From Adineta vaga (Eukaryota; Animalia; Rotifera), in the NCBI GenBank assembly GCA_021613535.1, contig CP075495.1, forward strand, positions 12,896,001 to 12,960,000: DNA of 64,000 nt, given 5' to 3'. Made by a program: the position numbers and the translations under genes. The notes under the pieces were generated by a model. It was not told the DNA's origin, searched no databases, and was given only the letters and a program-made list of their open reading frames with translations. Shown in pieces: positions 30,245 through 41,171 of this stretch. The first letter of the stretch is position 1. Each line of letters begins with the position of its first letter.

Positions 30245-31109
30245 GGCATATTGTTCCAATCTGATTGTTAATACGGATTCTATCATGTTCGAGATTGCGA
30301 AATGAACATATAAGAAGAATAACGAACGACGTGCATACTAGTAATGATCATCTTCATTTATTTTTTGTTTCCTTCTGATTGTTACTAGTTATACATACTA
30401 AAATGATGTATGCATCGTCATCTCATTAGAAATTTATTCATTAGAGAAATTATATTGGAAGAAATGACTATGGAGAGATAAAAAAAATATTTAATAACTA
30501 TGTACTTCCATTAACTTTAAGTCGTTGTGGCTCTAGAAAGCTTGCTCCTATATTTAATTTGTAATTAATTTTTACCAGTTGATGAATGTATATAAATAAC
30601 AAGGCAGATAACCGATTATTATATAGAGTTCAAAGTGTAAACCAGTCCAATTATATCAATTACATGATGAAAAGCTTTCAAAACTAAATCCGTTATATCG
30701 ATAAATGAGGTAGATTAAAAGACAAATCTGTGAAAGTACCGATGTGACCCTTAAGAAAATGTCATTATCGAGCATTAGAGTTGCATAAGTATAGTTTCAA
30801 TTCATCAGTCTGATTTAGAACGAATGTCCTTTCGGTTCTTGCTGATATTTCAGAACGGTCCATGTCAAAGACTATCTGAAGAGATCAAAGTCTTCAATGA
30901 AATACAGTGTCGCTTCGTAACTATTTTCTTAATTGAGAAATAGTTGGCTGGGTAGACATGTTATTTAATCAGAACTACATATATTTTGTATGAAAACAAG
31001 GTAAAGAAATAATACATCAAGATGATACTTATACAAAGATTAGATTGTTCACGATATTAGCAATGTTACGCATTTAAAACATTTTTTTTGAGAAGAATTC
31101 AATCTTCAA

Positions 31110-31635
31110 TTAAGAGCGACGTGATGGATGAAACGATTGATTATGATGAGGTCTTGGACAACGTGATGAATCTATATGAATTTTTAAAAAAATACATGTA
31201 AAAAAATATGTGTGATTAGATAGTTACTGCGATTATTGAAGCTTCGGTCGACGAACCAACGCATTTCACCTGGATCAACACGTCCGTCATGATTTAAATC
31301 AGCACGTTGAAAATCCGAGAAATCAGCCAATTCTCTTTGATTTAAAACTCCATCATGATTTTGATCAGCTATTATGAAAGCTTGAGCTGTATTTCTTGGA
31401 TGAATATTGAGATTTGGTGCTACAGAAATATTAGCCATAGCTATTCGATAAAATAACAAGATCTCTTACCAGCTGTATGTGCAAATTCAGCTAAACCAAC
31501 ACGTCCATCATGATTACGATCAGCATTTTGAAAATCAAAAAAATTTCGAAATTCATTTCGATTCAAAACTCCATCACCATTTCGATCCGCTTGACCATAA
31601 GCTGATGCATTTGAATTAAATCGATTGTATGCCAT
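31110..31635 (-). CDS. Small EF-hand calcium-binding protein (4 loops, internal duplication); 3 exons (31635-31470, 31419-31228, 31171-31110)
   Basis: Loops DRNGDGVLNRNE, DRNHDGRVGLAE, DQNHDGVLNQRE and DLNHDGRVDPGE; 50-nt and 56-nt GT-AG introns keep the frame. Confidence 0.85.
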
Positions 31636-32774
31636 TGATGTTTAGATATATTCTACAGATTACTAATTTGCTGTTCGAATGCAAATATTTCTATAGATGT
31701 TTCGTCAAAAATGCATATATATATATATAGCTGAAATAACGTTACTAAATACAAGTAAGTTTAATCATATGATTTGAACTAAACAATGGATTGTATGGTG
31801 ATATACCATTACTCATTCTATGATTTATCTTAGTTTGTATTTTAATAATTATGTATCATTGATGCGCTTGACAGCATATAAAAGACGTCATTGATGTATG
31901 TATAAACGAGAAACCTAATCAGCGCCAATATAGGTTTTGCCCTTCTAGTTTATTTCCTTCATTTGACATAATTATATGCTTTGCAATATCAAGCACTATT
32001 ATAAACTTAATTTTCAGCAATATTAGCATCGATGCATAAATCACCTGTATGCATGAATAATAATGGTATCATTATCATTACTCATATTATATATATATAT
32101 ATATATTGTATTCTAAACATCAGAGAGCTTCTTATTTTAGTAAAATCAATTGTACACATAAGTCTTTTGTTTTTCTGTAGATTTTTCAATAGTCGATGTA
32201 TTAATTTTCGTATTATTTTGATTTAAATTATCTTTTTACTTTGAAAAACCTGATTTTAAATCGCACACGATTCGTTATTTTATTAAAGCTATTAATGCGT
32301 TGTCTTTTTTTGTTCTCTAATATATTCCTTCACAAGTGAAGATAAGAGACAAAATAGTAAAAAAAAAAAGTAATGTTGTTTTTTCTTCTTGAATGCTCTA
32401 GATATTGATCTTTTAAAAGAAAAAAAAATAGCTCGACGCTTCTTGTTTGTTTACTTGCAATACAGATGGTAATAGGGAAAAAATGAAATGAAATAAGAGA
32501 AGAAGAAAGAAAGAAAAAAAGAAAAAAGAAATTCAATAACAGCAAAAAGAAGAGATAAATGAAGAAACGATCGATGGATTCTTTCGCACGCATATTTCAT
32601 TTTTCGTCACCGAAATCGTCTTACCTACATTCACATGTCGAAAAAAAAGAAAAAAGAGAAGAAGACAGAAAAATAAAGAAACAAAATGACAGAGACAAGA
32701 CAAGAAAAATAATAATAACATCTTGTTTTTGAGTGTCTTTTTCGAAAGAGCTGCGCAATTTTTTTTTTCTTTCT

Positions 32775-33604
32775 TTACAAATCATCATCATCATCGGGTA
32801 ATGCGGCATTTTGGGCATCGGCGATTTCCCGTTCATATTCCTTGATTTTTTCACTATCCATTTGAACTTCAGCTGGCTACAAAAGAACAAACAAATTCAA
32901 TATTACGAATTTGAAAATCTTTTAAATAAAACATACCATAAGAGCTGGCATGGCAGTAAATTCAAGATTGGCATCACCTGCTAATTTACGTGCTAACCAG
33001 AGAAATGGTTTTTCAAAGTTATAATTTGATCGAGCACTAATATCGTAGTATTGCATATTGTTTTTACGATGAAATGTTATAGCTTTAGCTTTAACTTTGC
33101 GATCTTTAACATCGACTTTATTACCACAGAGCACAATGGGAATGTTTTCACATACACGAATTAAATCCTTATGCCAATTGGGTACATTTTTGTATGTGAT
33201 ACGTGAGGTGACGTCGAACATAATAATCGCACATTGACCACCAATATAGTAACCATCTCGGAGACCTAAACGAGAAGTAATATCAATGAAAAAATAAGCA
33301 TTTCAGAAGAAAAATTGTATAGTTTTTTACCGCCAAATTTTTCTTGGCCAGCTGTATCCCAAACGTTGTAAACAATTAAACCCCGATTTGTTTGAAATTG
33401 AAGTGGATGAACTTCGACACCAACGGTAGCATTATATTTTTTTTCAAATTCACCGGTTAAATGTCGTTTGACGAATGTTGTTTTTCCTATTATCAGAAGA
33501 AAGACATTGATTTAATAAGATGTTGTTTTCTACTACAGATATTACATACCGACACCACCATCACCAACTAAGACAAGTTTGAATTCGGGTGCTTGTTGAG
33601 CCAT
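32775..33604 (-). CDS. RAN: GTP-binding nuclear protein Ran; 4 exons
   Basis: [29 protein letters not shown]; [17 protein letters not shown]; NKVD; acidic tail LPDDDDDL*. Confidence 0.98.
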
Positions 33605-34271
33605 AGTTTTATTTCAATGAATTATTGAATCGAGTAAATGAAGAGAAGTTTTATGTGAGTGGCTTGTGGTGATCTAAAAGGACGATGAAAAAATGTTGCA
33701 ACATTACGCAGAGAGAATGTAAAAAACGATGTAAGTATGTTTTTGCGCAATACTATGACTAACTGTTGATAAAGAAACTGTCAGAAGAATCACAATGATT
33801 CGTCTGTCATTTGCACAGCATCCGTACAGGTCTGTGGGAGATCATCATTCAGTCTCTTTTGTAAAAGAAAAATAAATTCGAATTTTCTCTTTCTCGATTT
33901 TGTAGATAAATGAATATGCACTTGTAGAAAGAAACGACAACAAACAAAGTACAAAGACAATCCATATTTTCCCTTTGAAACAGTGAATCATAAGTTTCCT
34001 TTCTTCTTTCCTTCTTTCTGCGTTCTACTACCTCAGTCGCGGTGTAATTGTGGCAGCAACAAAATAAAAACAAAAGAGGTCGCTAGTTTGACGTCAAACA
34101 TCTTTGGCCAGCAAAGTTTAATAAAAAACAAAGAAAAACCGTAGTAGTAGGAGAGAGAGCAAAGTGAATAAGCGCATATACAACGCCAAAAAAGAAGAAA
34201 AAGTCTGCTGATAATTTACAAAGTTTGAGTTCGTTGATACAAAAGAAACAAGGCAAAACAAGAAAAAGAAG

Positions 34272-34290
34272 CACACACACACACACACAC
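34272..34290. repeat. (CA)n microsatellite, probably in the SNRK 3' UTR
   Basis: cacacacacacacacacac tract. Confidence 0.85.
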
Positions 34291-34687
34291 TGACACGCGA
34301 ACAAGAGTGTTTCCAAGCTAACATACGAAAAACAAAAATATATGAAGTCTGTTTTATTTTAAGTATCTATATGTCTTCCGTTCTTTTTCTCTCTCTCATT
34401 TGCGTGTAATTTATGTGAACACACAAGAGGCAATTGAGTAAGATTTAATCCTCTAAAACTAAAACAAAAGAAAAGCCAGTCGATATGAATAAATTCTATT
34501 TACAATAAAAATTAAAGACAAAGAAAAACAAACGAAGTGTTTATCAGCTGCGCAAAGATATACATATATATTTTTTATGTTCACTGGTAAAAAAATGAGA
34601 GAGAGAGAGAGAGAAAGGACAGGACAGAGTTTGAAAAGAAAACAATTCACACGGGTACTTTGTGTTTGAAAAGAAAAATATAGATAT

Positions 34688-37600
34688 TTAAATAATTACA
34701 CAACACACTCGATGTTTGTCCGAAGTCGATTGGTGATGTTTTTGTACATTTTCAGTGTTCGTTGAACCTTCAACGGTTGACTTTTGTTGTTGTTGATGTT
34801 TGAGAAGAGAATATTTTAATGTAGATAATACTGAATTTTGTGATGGTGTTGGAGATGATATTGAATTAACATGACCATTCGGTTGATTTATAATATCTGT
34901 TGTTGGAACAATAACGTTTGTTTTACTTAAACCATTACTTGATTTTTTGCTAAGATTTGGTTTTGGATTTAAATTAGGTGAAGATATTGGCGGGAGACAT
35001 ATTTCTTCTTCAACAATAATCGGAGTTTGAATCAATTCAATATGTGATGGTGTTTGCTGTGAACGTTGATGTTCAATGATAGTTTTAATTGCATCAGCGG
35101 TATCATGATGTGGCGTTTGTTGTAATAAACGTACGACAGGTGGTGCATCCGTTTTGGTAAATACGGTTGATTCACGTGGTGTTGAGTAACGTATGGATGT
35201 TCGAGACGCTATAGACATTTGTGATGGATTAGCAAGACGATGCTCAGTTGATAAACTACGTGTACGATCATTCATTAATGTTAAACTAGTTGTCGCTGAC
35301 ATTTCATTATTGATTTCATCAGTTGTACTATTCAATGTTAGACGATTATTTGATGCTATAGAACTGGCACGAGAAAAACTTCGCCGTTTCGGATTGTCAC
35401 TATTTGTATTTGTATTTGAAATTATCTGTTGTAGTTGTTGGTGATGGTTTTGTTGCTGCTGAAAATTATTTCCATCGCCTAAATGAAAGAAATGTTTGTA
35501 TGATATGAAAAGAATTCAAAATCATATCTATACCATTGAGTGTTTCACCGAATTCTTGGAATGAACACGGCCGCGTGGGTGAACGTGTTGGTTGTTTACG
35601 ACTTGATGAACGATTCATATCAAAATTACTTCCATTATCTTCACTATCCGAACTCGAACGACTACGAGAAAAATTTCGACGTTTTTTCTCCACAGCAGAT
35701 CTCAAATCTTTCGAACGTAATATTCCACTCGTGATTGTTGAACTATCAATGATCGATGAACCACCATTGGTAATCAATACGGTTGTATTTGGTGTCGAAG
35801 GATTATCATCATCGTCACCATCACCGTCTCCACCATTTTCATTATCACCCTCTTCGTCTACAAGTGAGAAATAAAAAATAGAGTAAATAAATAGATGCTA
35901 ACTATTTACCACTTTCGACTATTTTATTGAGTTTCGGTAGATTTCCTGATTGTTGAATTGCTGCAGCAGTTTTACTTTAAAAAATAGATACAGATCAAGA
36001 TTTATTCGATTATTAACTATATGAAAACTTACTCAGCAGGTGGTGAATCCGAATTTTCATCTTCTTCAAGAATAATCTTCATTGCTTGTGTCGGTACAGT
36101 CGGTGTTGTTGCAGTAGTTGAACGTTGTTGCACGGGCGGACGTTCTTCTTCATCTTCAACTAAGGCTAAGAGAAAAAAAGTTCATTGAATTTTTTTATAG
36201 GTACAAAGGAAAACTAAAAGATCAATATCATCTAGATATTTTATCTAGTAAACATAAGATAGGATTATGTTACAATCGTATTTAGGAAGAAAAAAATTAT
36301 TATCTTGATATTCTATCCAGAATTCTATGCCTCAATTACAAACAAGAATGTATTTATTATCATCAAAAGAAAGAGTTGATCAACGATTGAAAAATTTTGT
36401 AAGTCTTGATTTATGTGTTGTTTTAGAAAATCATTATTTGTGATAATCAAACATGCGCAAACTACTTATCAATAGTACCGTACCACGATCAAAACATAAT
36501 TGAAAATGAACTATAGTAGAGTATAATTTGTTAAGAATAAATCAATCCATTTCTTTGAAAACTGTTTATTTAAGATGTTTTTACCTGGTAAAGGTTGTTC
36601 TGTTGAATAATCAACTGATTGTCGTGGAGTTGTGATTATAGGTGGTACATTTTCTTTTCCGGGACTAAATAGAAGAACAAAAACCATCGTTACATTGATA
36701 TTCATTTGAATTTGTTTTTGTTTTTTTTATCAATATTATAAGTAAAGCAAACAGTCAACCGTTCCCTTTTGCCAATACAAGCAATACATAGCATGAAAAT
36801 ATTTCTTACAAATTGCAATTCTCAACACTATTACAATCCATATTATCATCAACAAATGAACTTGTTCTTGTTGTTGATGAGGAAACATCGCCAGATAAAA
36901 AACTAAAATATGTCTAACTTGTTCTAGTCATTGTTCGATTTTCGAAATGTATTCAATGAATTCGATTTCGAATTGGAACGAAACGTACTTTGATGATGAT
37001 GATGACATAAAAACACCAATTTGCTCAGTGAATGGTTCACTTGCTGGTTGTAAACGTCGTTGTCTTTTCACACTTCGTTGTTCATTATTGTCATTTGTTT
37101 CACATAAACGATCATTGAGAATTTTCTCCGCAAGAAGATAATAAGTAGCTGTTATGTGATTATATTGATCCTCATTCAATGCTCTTTGAAAATGACAAAA
37201 AAAAGACATTCGAAACAGAAGATAAAAGATAATCAATTTTACTGTAAAATAGCATCTCGTTCGGCAATATTTCCATCAATCATCTGTTTTAGTATTGATT
37301 CATGATCGGTTTGTGATATCGTTCTGTGTGAAATTAATGGTAATGAATCAACATAATGTTGATCATCAACATCATCATTATCATCATCACATTGTCGATA
37401 CCAAATATCAGACATAACGTCATCTAATGTCGCGCGTTTTTCTGGTTCGCGTACAATCATTCGATGAATTAAACTATAGAAAAAATAAAAATATAATTAA
37501 GATTGCAAAAACTTTAGTGAATTTTTCATACTTTTGACATTCAGAAGAAATATTTGGTGGAAGTTTATAACAACAATCTAGAATCATCATCACTGTTTCG

Positions 37601-38826
37601 GAATCATTGGCTTCTTGGAATGGTGCTCGGCCTGTCACGAGCATAAACAATATGACACCCAAACTCCAAATATCTGTAAAACAAAAGAAAGATTTACAAT
37701 TTTTCAAATGTAAGAAAAAACTCTTTGCTTTCATACCAATGGCTGTTGCATCATATGGATCGCCCAGTAAGATTTCTGGCGCAGAATAGGCAAGTGATCC
37801 ACAACTAGTAAGTAGTTTTTTACCAGGGGAAAATTGATTGGAAAAACCTATTAAAACATGTTTGGTTAATGATTTATATCCTCAAAAATAACAGTATTTC
37901 TTACCAAAATCAGTTAGTTTAACCACACCTTGTTTTTCAAAAAAGACCAGATTTTCAGGCTACAAAAAAGAAGTATCTTAGATTATTTATCATTCACTTC
38001 CACACACATACTGATTAGTTAATACAGTTAGTTGATTAAGAAACTCAATTTTACTGCTCAATATTTTTTCTTGAACAATAGATCATAACGTTATATGGAA
38101 TAGACTTTTTTTTTCATCTATCGCAAGTTAATTCAGCGGATAACAAATTTCATCTGCTAAGTTTAACATCTCATCATTAGCAATCTAATCTCAAGTTCCG
38201 TCTGAAATATAATAGAAGTTATTTGTGTCATGAAGCATATGAAATGTGTGGGTTATTTGATTACTAACTAGTCATGAATAGGGCTAATTAGAACACGAAC
38301 AATTAAGTAAACTATGTTATACATAAAGCATTCATTTTGTATGTCTTACTTTAAGATCCCGATGACAAACATGCGTCTCATGACAATATTTTAATGCTCG
38401 ACATATTTGTCGAAAATATCTTCGAGCAATTGATTCACTAAGACCATTAGTATGTTTCATAATATAATCATACATATCTCCACCATCACCAAATTCCAAA
38501 ATTAAATAGAGTTTATTTGGTGTATCGATAACTTCATATAAACGAACAACATTGGGATGTTGAACTAATTTCATACACATAACTTCTTGAAATAAATGAG
38601 CTTTTGATACATCATCAAGTTTAGTTTTATCAATGACTTTAACGGCAACTTCTTTTTGAGTAAAGACATGTCGAGCAAGTTTAACAACAGCAAAATGTCC
38701 AGTACCAATAGTTGCTCCTATACGAAAAGATTTAGAAGAGAACTAATTCAAAAGAATTAACTTACCTAAAGTATAAAGACCACTGACTAAATTACGCAGA
38801 TCTGAAAGTCGACGTTCGGAGGACAT
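34688..38826 (-). CDS. SNRK: SNF-related serine/threonine kinase; multi-exon
   Basis: [17 protein letters not shown]...[34 protein letters not shown]; HRDLKPEN; [20 protein letters not shown]; [10 protein letters not shown]; UBA-like [13 protein letters not shown]; C-terminus CCVII*. Confidence 0.95.
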
Positions 38827-39893
38827 AGTTAAATAGATAGATAACTACATTTTCTTTTTATCTACTGATTTTGATAGACATTTTTGAGGACTAATAAATG
38901 AGATTCCATCAATTGAGTCTAAAAAACAAACAAATAATACAATGATTGATTAATCAAAAATATATTTGAAGAAAAATATAATTCTGTCAACATCTAATCA
39001 AGATTTATGATAAAGATATTGTCAAAGACCTGCTAAGGTCAAATAGAGAAGAAGAAAAGAAAGTATCTGCATAATTTGAGACAAATTTTCTATGTTTTCT
39101 ATCGTTGTCTTATTGAACAATTCATTTTTTTTCTTTCTGTCTTCTTCTGTTGGAGAATTAACATAGAAAAGTCATATTTTTCTGTTTTTTAAGAATAAAA
39201 AAAGAAAACCTGACGAAAGCTTCTCCATGGATTATTCTCTTTTCATTATTCCAATTAAAAACCAATTCATCTTTCATCAGTCATGAGATTTGGTTCGTCA
39301 CAATAGAATCTTAAATAAGTCTGATATTCTAGCAAAAAGATACATCTTGTTTTTTTTCTCCTATCTTGTCTCATATCACAACCTGTATGTCTGCATATGT
39401 ATACAGAGACAACCATCAATAGACGACTATTAGATGTATACATAGAGAGAAAAAAAGACAAGCACTATCAATTGGCCTTGTTTCATTCTTTCTATATTTT
39501 ACATATCTGCACGCATAGGCATAGACTTTTAACTGTGTGACGGAGGTCATTGACTTTATCTAGAAAATATAGAGACATGGCATTGATGGTATGTCTCTAG
39601 AGAAGAACAAAATATCTTCATTTTCTATTTCTTCTATATAAATGTTCGATGTATTAATAAATAAGATGAAATCAATTGATTTAAATGAATCGACATATAA
39701 GCAGCTCAGAGGCCATGACAATCGTCATCAAACTCAGGTTAATATTAAAGGAAACCATGTCGTTACTTCATCATTGCTGCTTAATCTGTAGGCGAAGAAA
39801 GAAAGAAAGAAAGAAAGAAGTGTATTAATGAGTTTTTCATGAGAATACAAAACATGAATGAAAGATTTGTTCGTTAATTCATTTGAATCAATA

Positions 39894-41171
39894 ATGTACA
39901 TACTTAATCATCTCTTTATAATAAATTTTTTCGTGCTATATGTTTTATCTGAAGATATTCTACTTCCTTCATTAATTCTTCATAATCAATCATATTCATT
40001 ATCAACAAGATCACTCTATCTGTGTCATTTACATCAATTAAACAACGATGAAGAGTTATTTCTACAAGGTTATAACATACTTAATCAAGGAAATACAGAT
40101 TATGTTCATCATTTACTTGTTTATGAATGTTCAATAACGGAAAAACTTAGCTATTCCGGATTGTGTGGAATGTATAATGCTCGTTTCATGCCTGAATCTG
40201 TCTATCGTCATTGTCAAACACGAATTATCATAGCATGGGCACAAGGTGGTCTACTAAAATACAATTATCCTACTTCTACAGGATTAAAAATGACTCGCTA
40301 CACTCAACTTTTACTTGAAGTTCATTTTGAATCATCAATCATATTCGATCATCCAATTGGAATTCATCTACGATTCTTTCCTCGAAAAAAACTACCTCAA
40401 TATGAAATAGGAGTTCTAACACTAGGAACATTAGCAAAATCACCGCTCTTTTTACCTCCAACTCTTGATACAATACGTTTTCCAACGTATTGTTTTAATG
40501 ATTGTTTAAAATATTTTCTTCAAAATAATCGAACTATGAATGTATTTTCTATTCTCGTTCATGCACATCGACGTGCAATTCGTATAATTCTTCAAGAGAA
40601 AAATAATCATCGATTAATCGATCGAAATCCATTTGAATTTCATCGACAAGAAACGATTCATTTCAATCGGCCATATCCACAAATTGATTCTACGAATGAA
40701 CTTTCTCTTCTTTGTTATTATTCAACAAAAACTGATATTCTACAAGGTATACAAGGTGGTCATGATTCGAATGGTGAAATGTGTCAAGCATTTCTTTATT
40801 ATTATCCCAAAATCGAATTATTTCCATTATGTCTTTCATTACCTATTTATAAAAATAAACATCTCCTCAATAATAAACAAAATTGGACAATAACACAAAG
40901 TATATCGATGAAATTCGAATTAGAATCAAATTTCAATCATCTTAGTATGTGTGGTGATAATATCTATATCAATAATACTAATCAAACAATATTACGAACG
41001 AAAATATATCAACGAATCTTTCAAGATATTCAACAATATCCTTATCTATATATCCATATGCCTTTTTCTTTCATTACCATACTTCTGTGTCTTAGTTTTA
41101 TTTTTATTCTCTATTGTTATTCGATAGCGAAGAAAAACTTACATTCTTTTGTTAGAGATGACACTTTGTGA
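39894..41171 (+). CDS. Copper type II ascorbate-dependent monooxygenase (DBH/MOXD-like); intronless, no DOMON domain
   Basis: Signal peptide MYILNHLFIINFFVLYVLS; CuH ligands VHHLLVYEC and LLEVHF; AWAQGG; CuM ligands HAH and EMC; C-terminal TM helix. Alternative ATG at 39858. Confidence 0.85.
   Translation: MYILNHLFIINFFVLYVLSEDILLPSLILHNQSYSLSTRSLYLCHLHQLNNDEELFLQGYNILNQGNTDYVHHLLVYECSITEKLSYSGLCGMYNARFMPESVYRHCQTRIIIAWAQGGLLKYNYPTSTGLKMTRYTQLLLEVHFESSIIFDHPIGIHLRFFPRKKLPQYEIGVLTLGTLAKSPLFLPPTLDTIRFPTYCFNDCLKYFLQNNRTMNVFSILVHAHRRAIRIILQEKNNHRLIDRNPFEFHRQETIHFNRPYPQIDSTNELSLLCYYSTKTDILQGIQGGHDSNGEMCQAFLYYYPKIELFPLCLSLPIYKNKHLLNNKQNWTITQSISMKFELESNFNHLSMCGDNIYINNTNQTILRTKIYQRIFQDIQQYPYLYIHMPFSFITILLCLSFIFILYCYSIAKKNLHSFVRDDTL

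Noticed and set aside
30790-30905. Hammerhead-like cores (CTGAAGA...GAAA on +; CTGATGA-ATT-GAAAC on -)
   Set aside because: No consistent stems I/II/III around either core; TGAAGA instead pairs with TCTTCA.
31441-31469. Apparent 29-nt ultra-short intron in the EF-hand gene
   Set aside because: A better in-frame acceptor (atttctgtag, 31420) gives a normal 50-nt intron.
32330-34650. Several Phe/Leu- or Lys-rich ORFs around Ran and the SNRK 3' end
   Set aside because: Low-complexity translations of T/A-rich UTRs and microsatellites, with no coding signature.
21424-35874. Antisense ORFs over hnRNP L (21424-21780), the orphan gene (28066-28305) and SNRK (35193-35874)
   Set aside because: They are shadows of sense-strand codon bias in Ser/Thr-rich coding exons.
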